This document shows positions 52,238 to 61,752 of a DNA stretch of 61,752 bases, piece after piece. The DNA comes from an uncultured Bacilli bacterium (GTDB lineage Bacteria > Bacillota_I > Bacilli_A > RF39 > UBA660). The first letter of the stretch is position 1. Each line of letters starts with the position of its first letter. The DNA is taken from contig CANRPA010000004.1 in assembly GCA_947632395.1 (NCBI GenBank), forward strand, positions 1 through 61,752, given 5' to 3'. The position numbers were made by a program, and so were the translations under genes. The notes under the pieces were generated by a model, which worked only from the letters and a program-made list of their open reading frames with translations, did not search any database and was not told where the DNA came from.

Positions 52238-53062
52238 TTATGTATTATTTTTATCATTGTATTCATGATTTTTAGTATTTATCGCTATACCTATTACTAG
52301 GATATATGAAATTATATATGTTAATAGCATAAGAATAACTATGTTAGATAAACTTCCATAGAAAATATCGTAATGTGAAAAATGTGTTACCCAAAATGAA
52401 TAGATTTGTATGACAAGTATTAGTGCGAGTGTTGTAAAAATTGCACCTTTTGTTGTATCTTTACTCATTATTTTTGAATCAGGAGCAATTGTATATATTA
52501 ACTTTATATTAAAATATATAACAAACAGAGCAAAAGGCCATTTAAATATTAAAAATATCGATGTGATTATTTTTACTAATTTTGCATCAAATATTTTAGG
52601 TAATAATAAATTAAGTAAAAAATTTCCAAAGCCTATAAATCCTAACATAAATACTATTAGCAATATTATAATTATAATAAGGAACATTGATTTTATTTTT
52701 CTTTTTATATAATCTGAATTTTTAAAACCATATATATTATTACTTGCAAGTATTAATGCATCCGCACCATTACTAGCAAGAAAAAAACCTATAATCATAA
52801 ATATTCCAACATTCATGTCAAATCCTTTACCTTGTATAAAAGGATTTAACATATCAGATATATTGTTTGGAAACGTATCTGTAATTAAATTAGTCAATGA
52901 ATTCACATTTAAATTAAATCCAGATGCAATAACACCTATTAATGTAAGTATTGGAAATATTGATAATACAAGAAAAAATGCTAAGTTACCAGGCAAAAAT
53001 GCCATATCAGGCCTTGTAATAATTTTAAATAATTTTTTTAAATATATTTTAAATTTTTTCAT
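52238..53062 (-). CDS. YihY/virulence factor BrkB family membrane protein
   Basis: LAFFLVLSIFP, YDIFYGSL. Confidence 0.9.
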   Translation of the reverse strand: MKKFKIYLKKLFKIITRPDMAFLPGNLAFFLVLSIFPILTLIGVIASGFNLNVNSLTNLITDTFPNNISDMLNPFIQGKGFDMNVGIFMIIGFFLASNGADALILASNNIYGFKNSDYIKRKIKSMFLIIIIILLIVFMLGFIGFGNFLLNLLLPKIFDAKLVKIITSIFLIFKWPFALFVIYFNIKLIYTIAPDSKIMSKDTTKGAIFTTLALILVIQIYSFWVTHFSHYDIFYGSLSNIVILMLLTYIISYILVIGIAINTKNHEYNDKNNT

Positions 53063-53068
53063 ATATTC

Positions 53069-53263
53069 CTACTTTTCTTTTATATGTATTAATCCCTTTG
53101 ATACCTCTTCCAATGATTTTCCTATATTTTTAACAGATTTATATTCACTTAACTGATAATATCCTGTTTCATTCATCTCTTTAACTCTTTTTGAAACTAT
53201 ATTTACAAGTAAAAATTTTGATCCTACTTGATTAAGTAATTTATCTATTGATGGATATATCAT
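53069..53263 (-). CDS. rpoZ: RNA polymerase omega subunit
   Basis: MIYPSIDKLLNQVGSKFLLV..VSKR. Confidence 0.93.
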   Translation of the reverse strand: MIYPSIDKLLNQVGSKFLLVNIVSKRVKEMNETGYYQLSEYKSVKNIGKSLEEVSKGLIHIKEK

Positions 53264-53346
53264 AATATCGCCTCCTCATTATTTATAGAATATAATATTT
53301 TTTATTTCAGTTCAAGCATTTTTACAAAACTTGACATTTATTTACG

Positions 53347-54621
53347 TTATTTAACTATATCTAATATCAATTTAGGTACTGCTTCAAGTTCTTTATCTAT
53401 TCTAAAACAATTTATTATTTCATTTACATTTGCACCTTTATCTTTTGCATAAACTTTTAAAAGTTCTTCATCTTTTTCAACATAATCCCCTACTTTTTTA
53501 TTAAGTACAAGGCCTACTTCATAGTCTATTTTATCATCAAGAGTATTCCTTCCTGCTCCTAAATTTTTTGCTATTTCACCGAGACGAAGAGCATCTATAT
53601 GATTTATAAAACCTTCCTTATTGCTTTTTATTGAATATACTTTGTTTGATATTGCTATTTTATTTATATCTCCACCTTGTGCTTGTACAAGTTCAACAAA
53701 TTTATTATATGCCTCTCCATTATTTAATTGTTTAAATAATAAATCTTTTGCATCACTATTAGATATTTTGTTAACTGCTCCTATTATAATTGATGAAAGT
53801 GTCATTACTACTTCAAGTAAATCTTTTGGACCATTTCCTTTAAGAGTATTGATGGCTTCTTGTACCTCAAGCGAATTACCTATAGAATAGCCTAATGGTT
53901 CATCCATATTTGTTATTAGACATATTGTAGGTTTTCTATAACTTTTACCTATTTTTACCATAATTCTAGCAAGTTCTTTTGCATCTTCTAATGTCTTCAT
54001 GAGTGCTCCACTACCAACTTTTACATCAATCATAATTATATCTGCACCACTTGCAAGTTTTTTTGACATTATACTTGATGCAATAAGTGGTATTGATTCT
54101 ACTGTCCCCGTAACATCTCTAAGTGCATAAATTTTTTTATCTGCAGGAACTAAGTTACCTGTTTGACCTACTAATGCAATATTAATATTATTTACTTGTT
54201 CTATAAATTTATCTTCACTTATTTTAGTATTAAAACCCTTTATTGATTCAAGTTTATCTATTGTACCACCTGTGTGTCCAAGCCCTCTACCACTCATTTT
54301 TGCTATTTTTATTCCAAGTGACGCAAGTAAAGGTGCAAGAACTAATGTAACTTTATCACCAACACCACCTGTTGAATGCTTATCTACAACAATTCCATCT
54401 ATTTTACTTAAATCTATAATATCTCCACTTTTTAACATTATATCTGTTAAGTCAATTGTTTCTCTATCTGTCATTCCATTTAATAAAATTGCCATTAAAA
54501 GTGAACTCATTTGATAATCTTTTATAGTAGAATCTAAATAACCATTAACTGCAAATTTTATTTCTTCTCTTGTAAGTTCTTTTTTTAATCTTTTTTTATT
54601 TATTATATCTATTATTGTCAT
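53347..54621 (-). CDS. pdp: Pyrimidine-nucleoside (thymidine) phosphorylase
   Basis: DKHSTGGVGDK, KMSGRGLGHTGGTIDKLE. Confidence 0.96.
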   Translation of the reverse strand: MTIIDIINKKRLKKELTREEIKFAVNGYLDSTIKDYQMSSLLMAILLNGMTDRETIDLTDIMLKSGDIIDLSKIDGIVVDKHSTGGVGDKVTLVLAPLLASLGIKIAKMSGRGLGHTGGTIDKLESIKGFNTKISEDKFIEQVNNINIALVGQTGNLVPADKKIYALRDVTGTVESIPLIASSIMSKKLASGADIIMIDVKVGSGALMKTLEDAKELARIMVKIGKSYRKPTICLITNMDEPLGYSIGNSLEVQEAINTLKGNGPKDLLEVVMTLSSIIIGAVNKISNSDAKDLLFKQLNNGEAYNKFVELVQAQGGDINKIAISNKVYSIKSNKEGFINHIDALRLGEIAKNLGAGRNTLDDKIDYEVGLVLNKKVGDYVEKDEELLKVYAKDKGANVNEIINCFRIDKELEAVPKLILDIVK

Positions 54622-54746
54622 ATATATTACCACCTATTATAATTGTATCATATTTTTATAATTTTGGAATATTAATAAAATAATTTTACATAAAACTTTG
54701 TAAATAAAATTATTAAAATACACTAATTACAAAAAAAATAATAATA

Positions 54747-55628
54747 TTAATTATTAATTTTTACTATATCAATAAAACTTTCTACTCTAGTCTCAATTCC
54801 ACCACTAAAACTTATATCATCTATTATTAAGTTTAGATATGGCTTATTTATTTTTCTCATTATAAGTTCGTTTGTCAAACTATCTGGTCCACATGGAAAA
54901 CTCGATAAAAATATTATTCCATCAATTTGTTCTACATATTTTAAACCTTTCATATTTTCTTTATTATACTTCCAATATAACCCTGTTGCATATTTTTTAT
55001 ATTCGTCATTATCATCAAATAATTCACTATATATTATTTCAATATCGTATTTTTTTAACATATTTATAATTTGTCTACCTATTAATTTATCATATATATT
55101 ATATGGATGACCTATTAATAATACTTTCATTTTTTCACTTTTTAGTTTTTCTTTATTCTTTTCTATCTTTAATTTTTTTACTCTTATTTCTTCGTTTTTA
55201 GCGCTCATATATGCTTTAATTACTGTTTTTTTGTTTATTCCTAATATAGCACCTATAGATATAAATCCATCAATTTCCTTTTCATTATTGTTTAAATTTA
55301 TATTGTAATTTAATATTTTTATATCAAATAAATTATTTACTATATCATATATTGCTAAAAAATTAGTGCATGTTTGATTATCGATACCATAATTGTCTAT
55401 TCTTGGAATTAATATATAATCACATTTATCTTTTAAATATGCAATATGTCCTATATAATTTTTTAATGATAAACACATCTCATCTGTTCCATATTTTAAA
55501 CCTAAATCCATTATTTCTTTATTTGTTTCTGGACTGATTACTATATCGATGTTTAAATTTTCAAAAAAAGTTATCCATAAATCTTTGAAATAATAGTAAT
55601 GAAAACTCCTTGGTATTCCTATTTTCAC
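54747..55628 (-). CDS. Acyl-CoA dehydratase activase-related protein (DUF2229-like)
   Basis: MKIGIPR, EMCLSLK, FPCGPDS, ETRVESF. Confidence 0.82.
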   Translation of the reverse strand: MKIGIPRSFHYYYFKDLWITFFENLNIDIVISPETNKEIMDLGLKYGTDEMCLSLKNYIGHIAYLKDKCDYILIPRIDNYGIDNQTCTNFLAIYDIVNNLFDIKILNYNINLNNNEKEIDGFISIGAILGINKKTVIKAYMSAKNEEIRVKKLKIEKNKEKLKSEKMKVLLIGHPYNIYDKLIGRQIINMLKKYDIEIIYSELFDDNDEYKKYATGLYWKYNKENMKGLKYVEQIDGIIFLSSFPCGPDSLTNELIMRKINKPYLNLIIDDISFSGGIETRVESFIDIVKINN

Positions 55629-55689
55629 ATTATCACCTATTAATTGTATGATTTTTATTTTTTAGTTAATACTAGTATTGGGTGAAATT

Positions 55690-55848
55690 ATGAAAAAAGA
55701 TCAAAAAATTAAATGTGATGTTTATGACTGTAAACACTGTAATTGTGATGATGATTGTTGCTCACTAAATGAAATAAAGGTTTGCAATTGCAATAATAAA
55801 GAGACAAAAGAGTCTACTATGTGTGATAGTTATGACAAAAAAGGTTAA
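55690..55848 (+). CDS. DUF1540-family small Cys-rich protein (52 aa), absent from the ORF track
   Basis: MKKDQKIKCDVYDCKHC...C.LNEIKV...TMCDSY; GGTGA RBS. Confidence 0.85.
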   Translation: MKKDQKIKCDVYDCKHCNCDDDCCSLNEIKVCNCNNKETKESTMCDSYDKKG

Positions 55849-55915
55849 TGCCTTTTTTTGTTTACTTTTTTCTTATTTTGTAATATAATCTAAATATGTG
55901 AATGAGGGTGTTAGT

Positions 55916-57169
55916 ATGTATATAAAAGAACTTACGAATGCTGAATTTAATAGTTTTACTGATTGCTTTGTAGATTCATCAATATATCAAACTAGTGAAT
56001 ATGGCTTTATTATGAATACGCAAAATTATACATCTTTATTTTTAGGATTAATTGATGATAATAAAATTCTTGCCGCTAGTTTAATATTGATTGAAAAAGA
56101 AGGTATGTTTAAATATGCATACGCACCAAAAGGCTTTTTAATTGATTATAGTAATAAACTTCTTGTAGAAAAATTCACTAACCTTATTAAAAGTTATTTA
56201 AGTAAAAAAAAGATTATGGCTATTAAAATTAATCCTATGATTATAAAAAGTTCATATGATTATAGAACTAATCAAACAAACTATAATCCAAACTTTAATG
56301 AGCAAATGGAATTTTTAAAAAGTTTAGGGTACTACCATTTAGGATTCAATAATCTATTTGAATCTTTTAAACCTAGATATAACGCTATTATAGATTTAAG
56401 CAAACCAATAACTACTCTATTTGGTAATATGAATAAAAATTTTAAAAACAAAGTTAAAAGTGCAGATAAAAATGGAGTTAGAATTATTAAAAGTGATGAA
56501 AATCATTTAGATTATTTATATGAAGAAGTTAAAAATAAGTATCCAAGAGATAAAAAATATTTTGAGGACGTTCTTTTCTTTTTTAAAAAAAGAAATATGA
56601 TTGATTATTATTATGCAATACTTGATACAAATACATATCTTATAAATACACAAAAAAAATATCAAAAGCAATTAAATATTTGTAATAAAATTAATAATAA
56701 ATTATTTAAAAATGTTGGTAAAAATAATGAAAAAATTATCAATAGTAAAATATTTGAAGAAAATAAACTCAATGAATTGAAAAATGAATTAGTATATGCT
56801 ACTAAACTATTAAAAGAAGAACCAAATGGTATCATTTTATCTACTATGCTAATTACTAAATATAGAGATGAAGTAATGATATTTATGGATGGGTATAATA
56901 AGGATTTTAAAAGATTAAATGCTAAACATTTAATGACTTGGAAATTAATTGAAAAATACTCTAATGAAAAATACAAAAAATTTAATTTAGGTGGTATGGC
57001 TAATCCTAATATAGATAGTAAGTATAATGGGTTAAATGAATTTAAATTAAGTTTTAATGCAAGATGCATTGAATATATTGGTGACCTTGAACTAATTACA
57101 AACAATGTTTTATATGGATTATATAGAAATTCTAAACCTGTTAGATATATATTAAAAAAAGACAAATAG
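55916..57169 (+). CDS. FemAB-family peptidoglycan bridge aminoacyltransferase
   Basis: IYQTSEYG, YAYAPKGFLIDY, FNLGG, GLNEFKLSFN. Confidence 0.9.
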   Translation: MYIKELTNAEFNSFTDCFVDSSIYQTSEYGFIMNTQNYTSLFLGLIDDNKILAASLILIEKEGMFKYAYAPKGFLIDYSNKLLVEKFTNLIKSYLSKKKIMAIKINPMIIKSSYDYRTNQTNYNPNFNEQMEFLKSLGYYHLGFNNLFESFKPRYNAIIDLSKPITTLFGNMNKNFKNKVKSADKNGVRIIKSDENHLDYLYEEVKNKYPRDKKYFEDVLFFFKKRNMIDYYYAILDTNTYLINTQKKYQKQLNICNKINNKLFKNVGKNNEKIINSKIFEENKLNELKNELVYATKLLKEEPNGIILSTMLITKYRDEVMIFMDGYNKDFKRLNAKHLMTWKLIEKYSNEKYKKFNLGGMANPNIDSKYNGLNEFKLSFNARCIEYIGDLELITNNVLYGLYRNSKPVRYILKKDK

Positions 57170-57198
57170 TCTTTTCTTGAATTTTAATTATAATTACC

Positions 57199-57229
57199 AA
57201 AAAAACTTAAGAAATCTTAAGTTTTTTTA
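57199..57229. terminator. Bidirectional terminator between femAB and tuf
   Basis: aaaaaacttaaga-aa-tcttaagtttttt. Confidence 0.75.
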
Positions 57230-57231
57230 AT

Positions 57232-58416
57232 TTATTTAATAATTTCTGAAATTGATCCAGAACCAACTGTTCTACCACCTTCACGGATTGAGAATTTAGT
57301 TCCATTTTCAATAGCAATTGGAGCTATTAATTCAACTGTCATTTCAACATTGTCTCCAGGCATAACCATTTCAACACCTTCTGGTAATTCAATAACACCA
57401 GTAACATCTGTAGTTCTGAAATAGAATTGTGGACGATAGTTACTGAAGAATGGAGTATGTCTTCCACCTTCTTCTTTAGTTAAAACATAAACTTGTGCTT
57501 TAAATTTAGTATGAGGTGTAACTGTTCCTGGTTTAGCTAATACTTGACCACGTTCAACATCTTCACGAGCAATACCACGTAATAATACTCCGGCATTATC
57601 TCCTGATTCTGCATAATCAAGTGATTTACGGAACATTTCAATTCCAGTAACAACTGTTTTTTTAGTATCTCTTAAACCAATTATTTCAACTTCATCATTT
57701 AATTTTAATTGACCACGTTCAACACGTCCAGTAACAACTGTTCCACGTCCAGTGATTGTGAAAACGTCTTCAATTGGCATTAAGAATGGTTTATCATTAT
57801 CTCTAGCTGGAGTTTCAATCCAAGTATCAACTGCATCTAATAATTCATGAATTTTTTCTCTCCATTTAGGATCTCCTTCAAGAGCTTTTAAAGCTGATCC
57901 CCTAATAATTGGAGTATTATCTCCATCATATCCATATTTATTTAATAATTCACGAACTTCCATTTCAACTAAATCTAATAATTCAGGATCATCAACCATA
58001 TCACATTTATTTAAGAATACAACCATACGAGGTACTCCAACTTGACGTGATAATAATACGTGTTCATTAGTTTGAGCCATTGGTCCATCTGTTGCAGCTA
58101 TAACTAAGATAGCTCCATCCATTTGAGCAGCACCAGTAATCATGTTTTTAACATAGTCAGCATGTCCTGGGCAATCTACGTGTGCATAATGTCTAGCATC
58201 TGTTTCATATTCAATGTGAGCAGTATTAATTGTAATACCACGTTCTCTTTCTTCAGGTGCTTTGTCGATATTTGAGAAATCAACTTTCTCTGCTTTTCCT
58301 TCATCAGCTAAAGTTGCACTAATTGCAGCTGTTAAAGTTGTTTTACCATGATCTACGTGTCCAATAGTACCAATGTTAACATGTGGTTTTGAACGATCAT
58401 ATTTTGCTTTTGCCAT
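57232..58416 (-). CDS. tuf: Elongation factor Tu
   Basis: [21 protein letters not shown]. Confidence 0.99.
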   Translation of the reverse strand: MAKAKYDRSKPHVNIGTIGHVDHGKTTLTAAISATLADEGKAEKVDFSNIDKAPEERERGITINTAHIEYETDARHYAHVDCPGHADYVKNMITGAAQMDGAILVIAATDGPMAQTNEHVLLSRQVGVPRMVVFLNKCDMVDDPELLDLVEMEVRELLNKYGYDGDNTPIIRGSALKALEGDPKWREKIHELLDAVDTWIETPARDNDKPFLMPIEDVFTITGRGTVVTGRVERGQLKLNDEVEIIGLRDTKKTVVTGIEMFRKSLDYAESGDNAGVLLRGIAREDVERGQVLAKPGTVTPHTKFKAQVYVLTKEEGGRHTPFFSNYRPQFYFRTTDVTGVIELPEGVEMVMPGDNVEMTVELIAPIAIENGTKFSIREGGRTVGSGSISEIIK

Positions 58417-58543
58417 ATTTATTTCCTCCTTATTTAACAATACATTAATATTTTATATCAATTAGCAAAAAATTTCAATACTTTTTTTATTTTTTATGTT
58501 GAAATAGAAGTTTTTTTTGAATTTAACTTCTATTTCTAACAAA

Positions 58544-60613
58544 TTAATTTCCATTTTTCTTAATTACTTCTTCAGCAATGTTTCTTGGAACTTCTTCATA
58601 ATGGTCAAATTCCATAACGAAGTTTCCTCTACCTTGAGTATTACTTCTTAGAGATGTTGCATATCCAAACATTTCTGAAAGTGGTACCATTGCATCAATT
58701 GCAATAGCATTTCCACGAGATTCTTGACCCATAGGACGTCCACGACGAGATGTAATATCTCCCATTACGTTTCCTAAATATTCATCTGGTACAACTACTT
58801 GTACTTTCATAATTGGTTCAAGTAATACTGCTTTACACTTAGTTTTTGCTTCTTTTAAAGCTAAACTTGCAGCAACTTTGAATGCCATTTCAGATGAGTC
58901 TACTTCGTGATATGAACCATCGAATAATGTAGCTTTAACATCTATCATTGGGAATCCAGCAAGTACACCAGTTTTAAGTGCATCTTGTAGTCCTTTATCT
59001 GTTACTGGTATATATTCACGTGGAACTACACCACCAACTATAGCATCAACGAATTCATATCCTTTACCAGGATTTGGTTCAAATTTAATTTTAACATGTC
59101 CATATTGTCCACGTCCACCTGATTGTTTAATATACTTACCTTCACATTCACCCTCTTGAGTAATCGTTTCACGATAAGCAACTTGTGGTTGACCAATGTT
59201 TGCCTCTACATTAAATTCTCTTTTCATACGATCAACTATTATATCAAGGTGTAACTCACCCATTCCTGCTATTATTGTTTGACCAGTTTCATGATTAGTT
59301 GAAGCTCTAAAAGTTGGGTCTTCTTCAGATAACTTTTGTAAAGCTATAGCCATTTTATCTTGATCTGCTTTTGATTTTGGTTCTACAGCAAGTTCAATAA
59401 CTGGTTCTGGGAATACCATTGATTCAAGTATACATGGATGTTTTTCATCACATAGTGTATCTCCAGTCGTTGTATTTTTAAGTCCTACTGCAGCTGCTAT
59501 ATCACCAGTCCATACTTCATTAATTTCTGTACGGTTATTAGCATGCATCAATAATATACGACCTATTCTTTCTTTTTCATTCTTAGTTGCATTTAATACA
59601 TAAGAACCACTTGTTAAGTGTCCTGAATAAACACGGAAGAATGATAAACGTCCAACAAATGGATCTGTCATTATCTTAAATGCTAGTGCTGAAAAAGGTT
59701 CATTATCTCTTGGATGTCTTTCTATTTCATTACCATTTAAATCTACACCTTTAATAGATTCTACATCTATTGGACTTGGTAGATAATCAACTACTGCATC
59801 TAATAATAATTTAACTCCTGTATTTCCTAAAGCAGTACCACACATTACTGGAAAGAATTTAACTTCAAGAGTACCTTTACGAATAGCTTTTTTAATTAGT
59901 TCTACACTAATTTCATCACCTTCAAGATACTTTTCCATTAATTCATCATCAAATTCTGCAACTGCTTCAATTAAGTCATTACGTTTTTCTTCAACGATAT
60001 CTTTTAAATCTTCTGGAATATCGATTATAGTTGCATTTTCATGTTGTTCTCTATCATAATGATAAGCTGTACGAGTTACTAAGTCAATAATTCCATTAAA
60101 TTCATTTTCTGCACCAATTGGCCATTGTATAGGCTTAGCATTTACACCAAGTCTTGAATCTATAGTTTTTAAACTATATTCAAAACTAGCTCCCATTTTG
60201 TCCATTTTATTACAGAAAATCATTCTTGGAACTTTGAATTCAGTAGCTTGACGCCATACTGTTTCTGTTTGTGGTTCAACACCAGCTTGTGCATCTAAAA
60301 GCGCTACTGCACCATCTAATACACGAAGTGATCTTGAAACTTCAACTGTAAAATCTACGTGACCTGGAGTATCTATAATATTTAATCTATGACCTTTCCA
60401 GTATGCAGTAGTTGCAGCTGATGTAATTGTAATACCACGCTCTTGTTCTTGTGCCATCCAGTCCATTTGTGATTCACCATCATGTGTTTCACCTATTTTA
60501 TGGATTTTACCTGTATGGAATAAGATACGTTCAGTACAAGTAGTTTTACCTGCATCGATATGTGCCATTATTCCTATATTACGAGTATTTTCTAGACTAT
60601 ATTCACGAGCCAT
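58544..60613 (-). CDS. fusA: Elongation factor G
   Basis: [18 protein letters not shown]. Confidence 0.99.
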   Translation of the reverse strand: MAREYSLENTRNIGIMAHIDAGKTTCTERILFHTGKIHKIGETHDGESQMDWMAQEQERGITITSAATTAYWKGHRLNIIDTPGHVDFTVEVSRSLRVLDGAVALLDAQAGVEPQTETVWRQATEFKVPRMIFCNKMDKMGASFEYSLKTIDSRLGVNAKPIQWPIGAENEFNGIIDLVTRTAYHYDREQHENATIIDIPEDLKDIVEEKRNDLIEAVAEFDDELMEKYLEGDEISVELIKKAIRKGTLEVKFFPVMCGTALGNTGVKLLLDAVVDYLPSPIDVESIKGVDLNGNEIERHPRDNEPFSALAFKIMTDPFVGRLSFFRVYSGHLTSGSYVLNATKNEKERIGRILLMHANNRTEINEVWTGDIAAAVGLKNTTTGDTLCDEKHPCILESMVFPEPVIELAVEPKSKADQDKMAIALQKLSEEDPTFRASTNHETGQTIIAGMGELHLDIIVDRMKREFNVEANIGQPQVAYRETITQEGECEGKYIKQSGGRGQYGHVKIKFEPNPGKGYEFVDAIVGGVVPREYIPVTDKGLQDALKTGVLAGFPMIDVKATLFDGSYHEVDSSEMAFKVAASLALKEAKTKCKAVLLEPIMKVQVVVPDEYLGNVMGDITSRRGRPMGQESRGNAIAIDAMVPLSEMFGYATSLRSNTQGRGNFVMEFDHYEEVPRNIAEEVIKKNGN

Positions 60614-60630
60614 ACTTTATTTCCTTTCTT

Positions 60631-61098
60631 CTACCATCTATAATGAGCAAATGCTTTGTTAGCTTCTGCCATTCTGTGAGTTTCTTCACGTTTTTTAACT
60701 GCTGCACCTGTTCCATTTGATGCATCAATTATTTCATTAGCAAGGTTGTCAGCCATAGAATGACCACCACGTAATCTTGCATAATTAATTAACCAACGAA
60801 TTCCTAATGCTTGTTTACGATCAGCTTTAACTTCAATTGGTACTTGGTAGTTAGCTCCACCAACACGGCGAGATTTAACTTCAAGTTGTGGCATGATATT
60901 TTCTAAAGCTTTATCTAAAACTTCCATAGGTTCAGTATTAGTTTTTTCTTTAACTATATTCATAGCATCATAAAAGATTTTTTGAGCAATTCCTTTTTTA
61001 CCATCTTTCATAATTGTATTTATGATTTTAGTAACTAATTTTGAATTATATATAGGATCTGCTAAAACGTCTCTTTTAATTGCACGTCTCTTACGCAT
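60631..61098 (-). CDS. rpsG: 30S ribosomal protein S7
   Basis: [26 protein letters not shown]. Confidence 0.99.
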   Translation of the reverse strand: MRKRRAIKRDVLADPIYNSKLVTKIINTIMKDGKKGIAQKIFYDAMNIVKEKTNTEPMEVLDKALENIMPQLEVKSRRVGGANYQVPIEVKADRKQALGIRWLINYARLRGGHSMADNLANEIIDASNGTGAAVKKREETHRMAEANKAFAHYRW

Positions 61099-61114
61099 TT
61101 AATTTCCTCCTTTA

Positions 61115-61537
61115 TTATTTAGTTGTTGCTTTTGGTTTTTTAGTACCATATTTACTACGTCCTTGACGACGTTTCTCGATACCAGCTGTATCAAGTGTAC
61201 CACGAACAATGTGATAACGAACACCTATTAAGTCCTTAACACGTCCACCACGTATAAGTACTACTGAGTGTTCCTGTAGATTATGTCCTTCTCCTGGAAT
61301 GTATGCAGTAACTTCCATATTATTTGAAAGTCTAACACGAGCATACTTTCTTAAAGCTGAGTTTGGTTTCTTTGGTGTCATTGTTCCAACACGAGTACAT
61401 ACACCACGTTTTTGTGGAGCTGTTTTATTTGTTTGTACTTTATCTTTACTGTTATATCCTATATTTAAAACAGGTGATTTACTCTTTTTAGTCTTCTTAG
61501 ATCTATTCTTCCTAACTAATTGGTTTATTGTTGGCAT
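61115..61537 (-). CDS. rpsL: 30S ribosomal protein S12
   Basis: [27 protein letters not shown]. Confidence 0.99.
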   Translation of the reverse strand: MPTINQLVRKNRSKKTKKSKSPVLNIGYNSKDKVQTNKTAPQKRGVCTRVGTMTPKKPNSALRKYARVRLSNNMEVTAYIPGEGHNLQEHSVVLIRGGRVKDLIGVRYHIVRGTLDTAGIEKRRQGRSKYGTKKPKATTK

Positions 61538-61752
61538 ATTTTTCTCCTTTCTTTCCACACCTCCAGGTGTTTCATTTTTACCTTAATTAAAGATTTGCAC
61601 AAGGCAAATCCAAATTAAAATGCATAAATAATATATCATTTTATAATATGCTTGTCAATAATTTTTATGAATTTTATAAAAATATATAATACATAGTGAC
61701 CCCATGGTTATTATGTATTTTTTGTATTTTGATATATAATATGTGGTTATAG

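Noticed and set aside
58501-58536. 12-bp inverted repeat between fusA and tuf as a terminator
   Set aside because: No U-tract follows on the coding strand. It is more likely an mRNA stability hairpin, and tuf has its own TTGAAA-17-TAAAAT promoter.
2812-61586. Many short antisense ORFs inside long genes (e.g. 6809, 8166, 13173, 44891, 56662, 61299)
   Set aside because: Shadow frames of AT-rich coding strands, with no RBS or family motifs.

Overview
This is a very AT-rich chromosomal window read in standard code 11 (TGA is a stop). It comes from a walled, apparently spore-forming, genome-reduced member of Bacilli; gene content (dnaB/dnaI, ezrA, SASPs, cotE, short thrS) suggests an RF39-like lineage, which is an inference. 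Almost all genes are on the minus strand. Most of the window is housekeeping: rpsL-rpsG-fusA-tuf, thrS with a T-box, cysS, mraZ-rsmH-ftsL-truB, lexA, priA, xerC, era/recO, uvrC, comEA/comEC, rseP/cdsA and seven tRNAs. The left edge is an integrated element next to tRNA-Leu, carrying a large serine recombinase. The strongest lead is a type IV pilin-like gene (25448-26617) whose last ~45 codons look like the variable region of a diversity-generating retroelement (DGR) target, followed by a GAAA-capped hairpin. No reverse transcriptase or template repeat is visible here, so it would be a remote target. Other leads: a leader-peptide/terminator/antiterminator upstream of the recombinase, an unannotated 52-aa membrane ORF divergent from lexA, an Ig-like domain inserted in a class B PBP, an unknown gene between the Thr T-box and thrS, and a comEC frame with no canonical start codon. 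All family assignments come from motif recognition by eye, with no database searches.
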